Below are positions 10,704 through 21,944 of a stretch of 64,000 bases of DNA, in pieces. The notes beneath the pieces were generated by a model, which did no database searches, was not told the DNA's origin, and saw nothing but the letters and a program-made list of their open reading frames with translations. The position numbers and the translations under genes are program-made. Within the stretch, counting starts at the first letter, position 1. Each line of letters opens with the position of its first letter. Source of the DNA: an uncultured Bacteroidota bacterium (lineage in GTDB: Bacteria; Bacteroidota; Bacteroidia; Bacteroidales; GCA-2748055); the NCBI GenBank assembly GCA_963735755.1, contig CAVTME010000009.1, positions 4,189 through 68,188 on the forward strand, in the 5' to 3' direction.

Positions 10704-11852
10704 ATGCTAAAAATTGCGCTTGTTACAGTTACACTCCAGCACTACAGGCTTAGTTTCTATGAGAAACTGACCCGATCCGATCCGAACATGCAATGGACCA
10801 TATATCATGGGATCCCGGCAAAAGACAGGGGAAGGCCTGCCTTCAAAGGCACCCCAGATTTTCCAAATAAGAGCTTTAAGGAATCCAATGTGAGAATAGG
10901 TCCGTTTTCATTGGTCTTTAATTCCGGACTACGGTCAATGATCAAAAAGAGTGATCCTGATGTGATCATTTTACCTGGTATTGCAGGCAACATCACGAAC
11001 CGAAGAATCAGTTCCTGGGCAAAAAAAAGAAATAAAAAATTACTGATCTGGTCCTGTGGATGGGAGCCGGGGATGGCGAAAGGATTCCTGCTTTCATTCA
11101 AAAACCATTTTGTTTCAAGTTTCATTCGTCGGGCTGACTTTCAATTGACCTACAGCAACAAGGCGAATGCCTACATTGAATCCATGGGAGTTCCAGCGGA
11201 TCAAATCAGGACATGTTACAATGGGATCGAAATAGATGAACTTGTTGATGTTGAAAAAGAGATTTTTGAAGCTTCGAAATTGCGAAGGAAAGAATTCGGA
11301 CTGGAAGGCCATGTGACTTTTTTATATGTAGGTGGCCTTATTCCTGAAAAACGCATTGATCTTTTGCTTGAAGCGTTTACAAGGATTAGACAAGAACATC
11401 AAAATATCAAACTGTTGATTATTGGAGATGGGCCTGAAAAGGAAAACTTGCTCAAAAAAATGGAGCAATTGAACGATGATCACATTGTTTATCTTGGTCG
11501 GATTGTTGAGGGTGTGGATGAGTTCTTTGCTGCAACCAATGCTCTTGTGCTACCTGGTGTCGGAGGTTTGGCTCTGAATCAGGCTATGTTCTGGGGCAAA
11601 TTATGTATTGTCAGTGAGGCTGATGGAACTGAAGATGACCTTGTGATTGATGGGGAAACCGGTTTCAGATTCATCAAAGGAGACGTTGTAAGTCTATCTG
11701 AGGCACTAAAAAAAATGATATTGGTGCAACCAACCAGACATGAAGTGATGTCAAGGAAAGCGAAAGGAATTATAATGGAGAAAAGCAATACCAATCACAT
11801 GGTAGAAATATTTATGGATTCTCTTCATGGAATCATTCATCCGAACAAATAA
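10704..11852 (+). CDS. Glycosyltransferase family 4
   Basis: QHYR, YVGGLIPEKRID, IIGDGP and GGLALNQAM motifs. Confidence 0.9.
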   Translation: MLKIALVTVTLQHYRLSFYEKLTRSDPNMQWTIYHGIPAKDRGRPAFKGTPDFPNKSFKESNVRIGPFSLVFNSGLRSMIKKSDPDVIILPGIAGNITNRRISSWAKKRNKKLLIWSCGWEPGMAKGFLLSFKNHFVSSFIRRADFQLTYSNKANAYIESMGVPADQIRTCYNGIEIDELVDVEKEIFEASKLRRKEFGLEGHVTFLYVGGLIPEKRIDLLLEAFTRIRQEHQNIKLLIIGDGPEKENLLKKMEQLNDDHIVYLGRIVEGVDEFFAATNALVLPGVGGLALNQAMFWGKLCIVSEADGTEDDLVIDGETGFRFIKGDVVSLSEALKKMILVQPTRHEVMSRKAKGIIMEKSNTNHMVEIFMDSLHGIIHPNK

Positions 11853-12107
11853 TCACTAGGTATGTTACAGTTCGGAGTCTGTGTAGTTCGCTTGAAGCAA
11901 GTTTTATTAAATTGAATTTATTAAATTGGCTCTAATAATCAGTATGATAATATATTGTTAAAGGTATCTTTCGTTGTAGTTCAATAGATGATATTTGCGT
12001 AATATTGCGTTTGCAACGGCTCTACCCATCTATTGTTCAGGTTTGCCCTGGATTTGAAAAACCAGTTTGCAACCATTAAGAAGAAAGATCGTATAAGTGA
12101 AGTAATT

Positions 12108-15100
12108 ATGATTATTGTGAAGGTGAAGATATTGAACATATTGGGGTTACTGTTTGTAACGGTTATGCTATCAGGACAAGCGATAGTCTCTCCTACCTAC
12201 GGTCCAAAAGAGGTACTTGAAGGTGACGATGATGTATTGTCAAAAAAGCTGGAGATTAAGGAATCTACGCCTGAAGAACAGTTTGTATTTGTGTTTAAAC
12301 AGGATTTTGAACATCACAACACCCCCATTGAATACACCACCGATATTTGGAATCCGGATTGGAATTATCCAGGGTGGAGAGACAGCGATAACCGTTGGCC
12401 AGGTTGGTGGTCCGGGAAATTTCAGGACAGCATCATAATTGATCCGCAGACCAAAAGCAAGGTGATGAAATTTAGTTTCAAAGACACCATCGTGCAAGAT
12501 TATGCCGGACAACTGTCTTACAGGGGGGGGGACTACTGGAAAACCCAGGTGGGCTCTGAACCCAAGGAGTTGTATATTTCTTACAATATTAAATTCAGGC
12601 CTGGATGGATTTGGAACCAGGGTGGGAAGCTTCCTGCTTTTAACGGCGGGACCGATTTAAACAAAGCAACGCAGGATAATTGTACGCGCCCCGGATATGG
12701 TGAAGGTTTTTCAACTGCAGTTATGTGGCAGTCCTATGGTGGGTTGGGGTTTTATATGTTTTACCAGGAACAGGATATCGATCAGTGGGGTGATACAGAA
12801 TATTGGAAGGGTTTTCAGCCTGAGGGAGATGGATTAACATATGATTCAGAAGGTCGTTTTATATTTGATGTTACTGAAGAACGGTGGTACAATGTCACTA
12901 TCAGGGCTGTGGTCAATTCCTTCAAAGCTGATGGGCAACCAAACAAAGATGGAATTTTCGAAGGTTTTATCAACGGGCATCTTATAGAACAAATTACTGA
13001 CTTATATCTGTTGACAGCCCCCGATATCAATATGGGTGTTAATGAGATTGCTCTTGGTCATTTTTTTGGAGGCAATCAAAACTACCAAGCACCTAAAAGG
13101 GATGAGTGGTCCTACCTGGATGATTTCATTCTTTTCTACTATGCTGATGGTGTTGATGTTGTAAGGGGGAATACCCCAAGTCCACCCGACAGAATCCTGG
13201 ATCTACCAAACTTCAAGGGAGAAGATATCATTGAGATTGACAAAGATCCTCCCACTGTGCCATCTGAATTGAAAGCCAGTAAGATTACCGGAACATCTAT
13301 TTCCTTGGAATGGAAACCATCACAGGATGCCACCGAGGTAAAAGGGTACCGAATATTTTTGAACGGTGAGGAATACGGTACTTCCGTCTCGAATTCATAC
13401 TCAGTGGACGGCCTGGACCCTCAAACATCTTATACATTCAGCATTTCGGCATATGACGTTTTCGATTTTGAAAGCGCTCCCTCTGCACAATTTATTGCAA
13501 ATACAATTGAATTGGACCTGGAACCACCCACAATCCCCACAAACCTGACCGGGACGGATTCAACCAGCTTTTCCATTTCGATCAGTTGGAGTGGCTCTAC
13601 AGATAATACGGGCGTGGAAGGATATCGAGTATATCTAAATGGTAATGCCATTGGTACCACAGTATCTAACAGTTTTTCAATCATTGATTTGAAAACCACC
13701 ACACAATATTTCATCCAGGTTTCTGCATTCGATGCCTCTAACAATGAAAGTGGTATCACCGATCCGCTTACCGTTTACACCAGGGATCTGGACCTGGAAC
13801 CTCCTTCCATCCCACAGAATCTGACCCCTTCACTGATTTCAAGTTCTTCGATTACGATGGAGTGGAGTGCATCCAGCGATAATGTCGGTGTTGCCGGCTA
13901 TAACATAAGAGTTAACGGAGAAATAAGGGGATCATCTGAGACCAATAATTATATCATTTCAAACCTCTACCCAGGCTTGGAGTATTCTGTTACAGTTTCT
14001 GCCTTTGATAACTCTTTAAATGAGAGCGATTATTCTGTTGAGATTAAGGTTAAAACCAAAAATCCAGATAATATAGTTGGCGCAAGCTTGCCAGAAGTGG
14101 AAATCATAGAAGTCAACAACAGTTCAAACCTGCCAAATATCCTGACTACTGTATCTAGGGTGAGTTCATTAGGCTACACAGAATTGTATCAATACGGGCT
14201 CACCATTTCCCAATCAAAAGGAACCAGTGCCAATGATTTTATCGTTTTTGGATCCCAAGACTTTTCCAAAGTCCTGAATATCAATCGAGTAAAATCCGGA
14301 TTGCAAGCCTATTATCTGTTCGATAATGGATATGGTTCCACGGTTAGCGATCACTCTGAATCGGGCAATGGGGTAGATCTTATTATCAAAAATCCATCCA
14401 AGACCGTCTGGCTGCCGGGTCAGGGGCTGAATGTAAATGGTGAAACCCTCATTACATCGGCATCAAATCCTACCGGTCTTATCAATTCTTTGAAGGCCAC
14501 CAATGAAATTACACTGGAAGCATGGGTAAGACCAGCCAAAATCAACCAGACAGGACCAGCTAGAATCATGTCCATATCCAAAGATAGTGTCACCAGGGCT
14601 GCAACTCTGGGACAAGCCGGTAACGAGGCATATTATAACTTCGTTGCCAGGCTTAATACTTCAAGCACTACTGCGAACGGGGATCCAACTGTTTCAGGAT
14701 CCAATGATTTCATCAACTTGAACCTACATCACATTGTATATACCAGAAATAAAAGTGGTGAAGAGAACATCTATTTGAACGGGGAACCAAGCTATAGCGG
14801 AACGAGGACTGGCAATTTTTCCACCATGACAGATGATTACAGGCTATCGATTTCCAATGAATCTTCAGGGGGCCGGCACTGGGAAGGCACCTTCTATCTT
14901 CTTGCTGTCTATAATAAAGCCCTTTCAAAAGCTGAAGTGGATCAGAATCTTGCAGCAGGCATAGGAGAGATTGAATTTACCAATAACCTGCTGGTAGAAC
15001 CCAATGTGGAGTACCTGGCAGTTCCATTTGCAAGAACCAACCAGGGAACTGTCGTGGGTAAAATTGCACCTCTCAAATTAGAGAATGAATTGTTTATTGG

Positions 15101-15437
15101 AGTTGCTGATACAATCATTATGACCCCCTACCCCAATCCTTCCGACGGGAATTTCCTGTTGGAGATTGGTTGTTTTGGCAGGAACTCTCAACCAGCTACG
15201 ATCAGGATTTCGGATATGATGGGGCAGATTCTATATACTGATGATATTATACTTACAGGTGATTGCAATGCGAGCGGAGATGATGATTCAGATGAACCGG
15301 ATTTTGTGCAGGAGCTTGTAAAAAATAATTACGATCAAGTTTACCTTCCCCTCTCCACATTCCTCCATGCAGGTATTTACTCCGTGATTCTAATATCAGA
15401 AGGCAAAGCAGTAGCCAGCAGAGTGGTGGTGATGTAA
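12108..15437 (+). CDS. T9SS-secreted protein: PL14-like domain, 3 FN3, LamG-like jelly roll, CTD
   Basis: ATG at 12108 gives a signal peptide; GGKLP, FSTAVMW and HFFGG PL14-like motifs; three PPTxP...SDNxGVxGY FN3 units; ITLEAWVRP/AVYNKALS LamG; PYPNP sorting domain. Confidence 0.82.
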   Translation: MIIVKVKILNILGLLFVTVMLSGQAIVSPTYGPKEVLEGDDDVLSKKLEIKESTPEEQFVFVFKQDFEHHNTPIEYTTDIWNPDWNYPGWRDSDNRWPGWWSGKFQDSIIIDPQTKSKVMKFSFKDTIVQDYAGQLSYRGGDYWKTQVGSEPKELYISYNIKFRPGWIWNQGGKLPAFNGGTDLNKATQDNCTRPGYGEGFSTAVMWQSYGGLGFYMFYQEQDIDQWGDTEYWKGFQPEGDGLTYDSEGRFIFDVTEERWYNVTIRAVVNSFKADGQPNKDGIFEGFINGHLIEQITDLYLLTAPDINMGVNEIALGHFFGGNQNYQAPKRDEWSYLDDFILFYYADGVDVVRGNTPSPPDRILDLPNFKGEDIIEIDKDPPTVPSELKASKITGTSISLEWKPSQDATEVKGYRIFLNGEEYGTSVSNSYSVDGLDPQTSYTFSISAYDVFDFESAPSAQFIANTIELDLEPPTIPTNLTGTDSTSFSISISWSGSTDNTGVEGYRVYLNGNAIGTTVSNSFSIIDLKTTTQYFIQVSAFDASNNESGITDPLTVYTRDLDLEPPSIPQNLTPSLISSSSITMEWSASSDNVGVAGYNIRVNGEIRGSSETNNYIISNLYPGLEYSVTVSAFDNSLNESDYSVEIKVKTKNPDNIVGASLPEVEIIEVNNSSNLPNILTTVSRVSSLGYTELYQYGLTISQSKGTSANDFIVFGSQDFSKVLNINRVKSGLQAYYLFDNGYGSTVSDHSESGNGVDLIIKNPSKTVWLPGQGLNVNGETLITSASNPTGLINSLKATNEITLEAWVRPAKINQTGPARIMSISKDSVTRAATLGQAGNEAYYNFVARLNTSSTTANGDPTVSGSNDFINLNLHHIVYTRNKSGEENIYLNGEPSYSGTRTGNFSTMTDDYRLSISNESSGGRHWEGTFYLLAVYNKALSKAEVDQNLAAGIGEIEFTNNLLVEPNVEYLAVPFARTNQGTVVGKIAPLKLENELFIGVADTIIMTPYPNPSDGNFLLEIGCFGRNSQPATIRISDMMGQILYTDDIILTGDCNASGDDDSDEPDFVQELVKNNYDQVYLPLSTFLHAGIYSVILISEGKAVASRVVVM

Positions 15438-15552
15438 TCCTGAGACCGCCCAATTCTGAAACTGTCCAATAGTATACCCTCCGATAATTTGCATTAGTTT
15501 TATTATCTTCAAACAGTTAGATTCAAGTTATATTCTAAAAGCTATTCGAAGA

Positions 15553-16299
15553 ATGAATGAACAAAAGATTAGTAATGAAATCCATGACAACTATACTGAT
15601 TATTACTCAGAAGGGGTAACCGAATGGAGAACAATTGGCGCCATCGGTAAAGTGCAAAATATCCAAACACTTTGCAGTGAGCTCAAAATTTCATCAGTTT
15701 TGGAGATCGGAGCTGGCGATGGATCAGTATTGCAAAGATTATCAGATGTTGATTTTGCTAACGAGTTATACGCTTTGGAGATATCTCAATCGGGAATTAA
15801 TGCTATAAAAAGCAGAAATATCTCGAAACTTAAAGATTGTATTCTCTATGATGGCAATACAATACCTTTTGAGACCAATAAATTTGATCTTGCTGTGCTA
15901 AGTCACGTGGTGGAACATCTGGAGTTCCCTAGGAAACTTCTCTATGAAGCAAGCAGGATAGCAAAATATGTTTTTGTGGAGGTGCCATTGGAAGATAACC
16001 TCCGTCAGCCAAAAGAATTTGTATTCGACTCCGTTGGCCATATTAATCTCTATTCCCCTAGATCCATACGTAAACTGGTACAATCCTGTGGACTCAGAGT
16101 CATCAATCAAAAAGTAACAAATCCTATAAAAGAAACCTATGTTTATGAAAAAGGGGGGAAAGGTTTGTTCTCTTATTTTATAAAAACTCTTTTACTAAAC
16201 ACTTTTCCCGGGCTTGCAACGAGACTATTTACTTATCATTCTGCATTGGTGTGTACCCAGGACACAAACTCATATAACGGATCAGGACCATCCGTTTGA
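15553..16299 (+). CDS. Class I SAM-dependent methyltransferase
   Basis: VLEIGAGDG motif I; FDLAVLSHVVEHL. Confidence 0.9.
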   Translation: MNEQKISNEIHDNYTDYYSEGVTEWRTIGAIGKVQNIQTLCSELKISSVLEIGAGDGSVLQRLSDVDFANELYALEISQSGINAIKSRNISKLKDCILYDGNTIPFETNKFDLAVLSHVVEHLEFPRKLLYEASRIAKYVFVEVPLEDNLRQPKEFVFDSVGHINLYSPRSIRKLVQSCGLRVINQKVTNPIKETYVYEKGGKGLFSYFIKTLLLNTFPGLATRLFTYHSALVCTQDTNSYNGSGPSV

Positions 16300-16306
16300 T
16301 GGGTAA

Positions 16307-17051
16307 TCACAGGTTATTACCTTTTCTTTGAAACTTGTATTTAAGGAGATATAAGAAGAACCTGGGAGAGTAGATAAAATATCGTTTCCAAAGTCTGCGA
16401 GGCTCTTTTATAAATCTAACCAGCCATTCCAGCTTCATCGAAATCCAGAAATCCGACGGACGTTTAACAACTCCTGCATAAAAGTCAAATACAGCCCCAA
16501 TCGAACAGGCAGCACCCACATTCATTTTGTGAACGTTTTTGCTTACCCAAATCTCCTGTTTTGGGGCTGTCATGCCCACAAACAATACATCTGGATTGAA
16601 ACTGTTTATTGAATCCAACATAATTGTATTGTCCTCATCAGAAAAAGTCTCTTTAAAAGGGGGAGAATAATAGGCAGCCCGCACCTGCGGATAATCTTTT
16701 TTCAAATGAGCTGAAATCCTGGATAAGGTATGCGTCAGAAGACCCAAGAAAAAAGCAGGACCCATTGTCCTTATTCAACAACTTAAGAAAATAATGGAAT
16801 ACATCATTGCCGGCTATCTTCCTTATTCTTACACCTTTGATGACTCTTGCAGCAAAAACAACCGGTTCCCCATCAGCCACAAGAACATCAGACTGATGAA
16901 GCGCATGACTGAAATCCGAATTACTTCTTGACATAACGTACGAATAGGCATTTAAGGTATTTATTACCAACTTGCCGTCGTCCAGACATAAAGATTCCAG
17001 TTCTCCACTAAATACCCTGTAGCCCATTATTTTTATGGATGGATAATTCAC
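16307..17051 (-). CDS. WecB/TagA/CpsF glycosyltransferase (GT26), one frameshift
   Basis: ADG, FFLG, FVGMTAPKQE, GAVFDF and LEWLVRFIKEPRRLWKRY spread over two overlapping ORFs. Confidence 0.9.
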
Positions 17052-17062
17052 AAGAATGGGTG

Positions 17063-18052
17063 TTAATTTGAATTATAAATCTCTGTCAATATTCTGTTTG
17101 CAGTCCTTTTTCGAAAATGCCAAACATCATTGGCATAATTATATTTACTATCAGTAATGTCGTTTATTCCGGCATAATCATACACATTTTCTGAACCAAA
17201 AACAGATTGGAGTTTACGCAAGTCCTTTTCATTCATTTTTATCTGATCATACAGCGGCCCAATAACTATTTTGTAGTTTGTTTGATGTTTATCGAAAATC
17301 TTTTTGATCATTTCCAGGCGATTGAGCTCTTCTTCAAAAATTACCTCATCATTATATTGCTGTATGCTTGGTCTTTCATAAAACTCGCGCCCCTTACTAT
17401 AATATGAAACAGAATCAGCAAGTATTTCATTCTCGCTATTGGGTTTCCAGTCATTATTGATGGGATTCAGTTCATCAGCACTCATTCCAAAAAATCCCTT
17501 CATATATTCTCTTTGCTTCCCAAACAATCTGAAATCAATGCACCCTGGTATCATATATCTGGTATGCAATAGTTGCTTGATGTGGTCCGTGTGAAAAGCG
17601 ATCCATGTGCGCTTTGATATCGCAGGGTGTTCAAAATCAAGGGTGCTCACGATACTTTGAAAGGTATTGTCCGTATCAATGATAACCAAGGCATTGTTTA
17701 TTGAATTTCCCTGTGAATCAATGAACAAGACTTTTCGATAGATTCCCTCGATGGATTCATTCCAGGAGCTATAAGAATAGGGTCTGCTTGATTCACCAAG
17801 GTAATTCTTCCACTGACTGCTCGTAAATGCCAATGACCTTGAACTTCCAAGAATAAATGAGTTATAATCCTGCTCTTTGTTGTTCTTAAGAAACACTTTC
17901 GTAGAAACATATCCCCGGTTTAGCAATATCAGATCCGAATGGTAACTATCATAGTTCTGAATTATTTTAAAGGGGTCTGCCCATATATACACAAAGAGCA
18001 ATACTACCCAGGGTAATGAAAATATGGCCAGATATTTAACAAATCTCTTCAT
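17063..18052 (-). CDS. Membrane-anchored SGNH-like partner of the MBOAT O-acyltransferase
   Basis: N-terminal TM helix followed by DPF; ILGSSRS; C-terminal DVWH (DxxH); directly downstream of an MBOAT gene. Confidence 0.6.
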   Translation of the reverse strand: MKRFVKYLAIFSLPWVVLLFVYIWADPFKIIQNYDSYHSDLILLNRGYVSTKVFLKNNKEQDYNSFILGSSRSLAFTSSQWKNYLGESSRPYSYSSWNESIEGIYRKVLFIDSQGNSINNALVIIDTDNTFQSIVSTLDFEHPAISKRTWIAFHTDHIKQLLHTRYMIPGCIDFRLFGKQREYMKGFFGMSADELNPINNDWKPNSENEILADSVSYYSKGREFYERPSIQQYNDEVIFEEELNRLEMIKKIFDKHQTNYKIVIGPLYDQIKMNEKDLRKLQSVFGSENVYDYAGINDITDSKYNYANDVWHFRKRTANRILTEIYNSN

Positions 18053-18064
18053 CCTTCAAATCAT

Positions 18065-19508
18065 CTAAAACTTAAAATAAATAAAAGTTTGCTGTTCAGC
18101 ACCATAAAGCAATATGGCAATGATAATGCAATTGTAGATTAGCCATCTGGCAATTTTGGGTATTCTGAGACCATCTAACTGCAATGCATGCTGCCTTTCT
18201 CTCATTAACCACTCAACGATTACAAATATGGCAATAAGCAACAGGAGGGTTCCCGAATAGACTTCCGGAAGGGAAAAGAGAGATAGAGAAAAGATGGTTC
18301 TAATATATTCAATCCCTATTTGAATGCTATCCGCTCGAAAGAATATCCAAGCAAGTAAAGTAAGAAAGAAAGTCAGTAATATTTGAAAAAACTCCACAAT
18401 GGTAGGTATATCTGACCTTCTGCCACATCGTTTGTATAGGCTCTGTTGCGATTAAAAAGCATCAGAGGCATAGAAGTAGAGTGCATTGATAGCTCCCCAT
18501 GCAATGAAAGTCCAGTTTGCTCCCGTGCCAAGAATCCGCTCACCACGAAAATAATAAACGTGTTTCGTATCTTCATCCAGGTCCCACCCCTACTTCCTCC
18601 CAGTGGTATGTAGAGGTAATCTCTGAACCATGAAGACAATGAAATATGCCAGCGTCTCCAAAATTCTGCAATGTTCCTTGAAAAAGTAAGGAAATGCAAA
18701 ATTCCGCATGATTTTAAATCCAAACAACCTCGATGTTCCGATGGCAATATCGGAATACCCTGAAAAGTCTCCGTAGATCTGAAAGGCGAAAAAGAAAGCT
18801 CCCATTAAAATTGTACTCCCAGAGAAATCCTCGTTTCCATTGAATATCTGATTAACATAAATGGCCGCATTGTCGGCTATAACAATCTTCTTGAATAAGC
18901 CCCAAAGAATTTGCCTCATACCATCGACAGCCTGGGGAAAACTAAAAACCCGTCTCACGTAAAACTGAGGCAACAGATTTGAAGCCCTTTCTATGGGCCC
19001 TGCCACCAGTTGAGGGAAAAAAGAGACAAAAGAGAAAAACGCAATAATATCCCGGGTAGGTTGGGGTTTGCCCCGGAATACATCTATAGAGTAGCTTAAA
19101 GTCTGGAACGTGTAAAAGCTTATGCCCACTGGCAATATGACATTCAGACGGGCCGGCTCAATGTGTTTACCTAACAGGGTAAAAGCATCTGCAAAAAGCT
19201 TTCAGAGAAAAAATTGAAATACTTAAAGAAGCCAAGGAAACCCAGATTTGACCGCCAACTAACCGCCAGAAGTAGTTTCTTATTAATACTATTGGTCTGT
19301 TTTGAAATCCAGATACCAACCAGGTAGTCGACAATAGAACTGAACATAATGAGCGAAAGGAAGCGCCAGTCCCACCATCCCGTAAAAAAAATAGCTGGCC
19401 ACTCAATAGAAGCATATTCTGATACCTCAGTTTGGCTGACCTGAGACTCCAATAAAGGATGAATATGAGGGGCAAGAAGATTGCGAACTCAATCGAATTA
19501 AAGAGCAT
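18065..19508 (-). CDS. MBOAT O-acyltransferase (AlgI/PatA type), frameshifted
   Basis: [38 protein letters not shown] and [17 protein letters not shown] motifs across fragments. Confidence 0.92.
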
Positions 19509-19630
19509 CGAAAATCTGATTAAAGTGTAACATGAAAGTAATAAAAATTGAACTCGCAGGCGCCATGCGTCTGTTAAAAATTATAAAGGTTAAATCTACC
19601 TCTTTCATTGCAAATCAGTTCCTTGTATAA

Positions 19631-20664
19631 TCAGTCTATGATCCAACTATTACCCTGGCTGTACTGTGCACCAATCAAGCGTTTGGCGAGATAAATGAAA
19701 AGCACTCCAAGACTTACATTCAGTACAAAGTAAAGAGAGACCTTGAGGATGTCCGAGATGAAGTTCACATGTGACATATAGAATACCTGGCCTATAAAAA
19801 TATGGACATATATATGGATACAATACAGGGAGAAACTATAGCTGGCTAGTACGGCAAAAATCTTCCCAAGGCTATTCAACCAGCCAAACCTGAAGAGGAT
19901 GATCAGTGCGATTGACAATAGAATTTTTTGCATATACAAAAGCTCAAATTCACCGGTATATAGATAGATAATTGAAGGGGCAAGCAAACCAATCAACAGG
20001 AACAGCAAAGAGGATTTCCACCTGGTTACAAATTGGAAAAGCTCCTCCCTCACCCTCATATATACATGCCCAGGATATAAACAGGAAGGAAGTAAACAAA
20101 AGATTTCAATGGTTCAAAATAGGTGCGCCCGATGAATGCAGCTAAAATAAATAGAAAAGGCAACAGGATATAAAACTTTGGAAACCTATCCAGAAGTCTC
20201 ATCAGTGGTGCAGTAAGATAGATCAGAAATATTACTGGAATAAACCAGAAATGCCATTGATGAGCACCTGTAACAATAAGTATAAACAACCTGAAAATGA
20301 GCGACCTCTTTTCGAACGCGGGGAATACTGCTTCTAGATTGTATTGTGCATAAGGTAATTCAAGCACATACAATATTAGAGCAGGAATGGAAAGAATCAG
20401 GTAAGGCATTAAGACATACAAGAATTTTTTCCTCATATAGACCCTAAATTGGTAAGAATCAAGCAAATGTTTGAATAGGAATCCAGCAATAAAAAAGAAC
20501 AATACTGAACTATTTCCCGTGATCATACCCATGACCCTGAACAGGACAGGATGATCAGATTCAAGTGGATAAACCAGATGATTCGCTATGATCAGAAGTA
20601 TGGTAAATCCTCTGAAATAGTGAATATAATTTAAAAATGACCTGCTATTTGCTTTATTTACCAT
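19631..20664 (-). CDS. Acyltransferase family 3 (OafA-like), split at ~20058
   Basis: YIHYFRG..IIANH, FFFIAGFL, HFWFIPV and YSFSLYCIH motifs; the two ORFs join in frame if one TA is removed. Confidence 0.82.
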
Positions 20665-20747
20665 ACCAGATCATTCCATGTGGTACATGCCATAATAATC
20701 CATTTCTCCAATGGGATCTTGAAAAGAAAGTGATTGTTCTAAGGCTT

Positions 20748-21922
20748 CTATAATCCAAGAAGATGGGGATCAAGTCCGCGTTCATTCAGCATTTTCCTGA
20801 TCTCTTCCATATATACCGAATTCATAACAATAACCACATCGGGTTTGTAATCTGTCAGGAAATCGGGTCCTACATATTGCTTCCCGATCCCAGGAATATA
20901 ATTGCCCTGCATATGCGGATTGATATCCACCACATGTTCGATCACGCCGAGATCATCAAACTGGGTAAGAAAGCCTACTGATTTTGATCCTCCGCCCCAG
21001 ATAACCACCTTCTTGCCTTCTTCCTTGAATCCGTCCAGTTTTTCCGCCATTCTCCAAGCTGAAATTGATCTTCTCAACAAAATCTTGGTAAGTGCCTTAA
21101 GCTCCTCGACTGACTTTCTTCCAGCGGATGAATTTTTCGATGATATCTCTTTCACAGGTTTGGCTTCAATGAACAGATATTGGTCATCATATTCCAGATA
21201 CATATCCAGCACTTCGAAACCATTCAACCGGAACAACCTTGCCAGTGAACCCGGACTCATGTAGGTACAGTGCTCATAAAAGATATCCCAGAATGCCTGA
21301 ATCTTCAAGTATCCTGACAATACTGGGAACTTCCAGAAAATGATCACACTGATCTTCTCCCTTTATGGATTCCTGATGGTCTTCATAAAACCATAGGTAT
21401 CATGAATATGCTCCAGGGTATGCCTGCAGGTAATGCAATCCGCCTGCAAGATCCCATGTTTTTCGGAATAGAATTCTTTAATGAACCTCACATTGGGATT
21501 CTCTTTGGTGCGTCCCTGGAACCCAGGCCGGATCGATTCCAATCCCTCGGTTGTTCCCCAGTTCACTGATCAGGCTAATAAAGTCGCCCTTTCCGCAACC
21601 GATTTCGATAACCTCCTTGTTTTTGATATCATAACGGTCAATAAACTTTGGGTTACCCCGGTAATGAATTTCACAAAGGTGGGAGAAAAGCCCTGCTGGT
21701 CTTCGTATCCCTGGGTATAGTAGTCAATGGAAGTATCGAAGGTAGCTGTTGAAAATAAATCCGCAATGGTTGCAGAAAGCAAGAGTAATGTCTTTCGTGG
21801 GAATGGCCATTGCTTCCTCATAGTCCTTGATGGTGACCAGGCTGTGAACCGGGGCATTCTTAATCGTGAAGAAATCTTCAATATCGGAATGTGTGCAATT
21901 TGGGCATGTGTATGTGTCTCAT
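20748..21922 (-). CDS. NDP-hexose C-methyltransferase-like protein, frameshifted
   Basis: Cys-rich zinc-site N-terminus, CRHTLEHI, IFYEHC, VIWGGGSK and VDINPHMQG motifs of the C-methyltransferase family. Confidence 0.8.
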
Positions 21923-21944
21923 GGAATTTATTGATTCTAAAATG

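Noticed and set aside
12033-12107. TTG-initiated N-terminal extension of the 1134-aa ORF
   Set aside because: The ATG at 12108 places the signal peptide at the N-terminus.
20050-20066. Phase-variable TA dinucleotide repeat splitting the acyltransferase
   Set aside because: The tract is very short and lies in an error-rich region, so it cannot be distinguished from an artefact.
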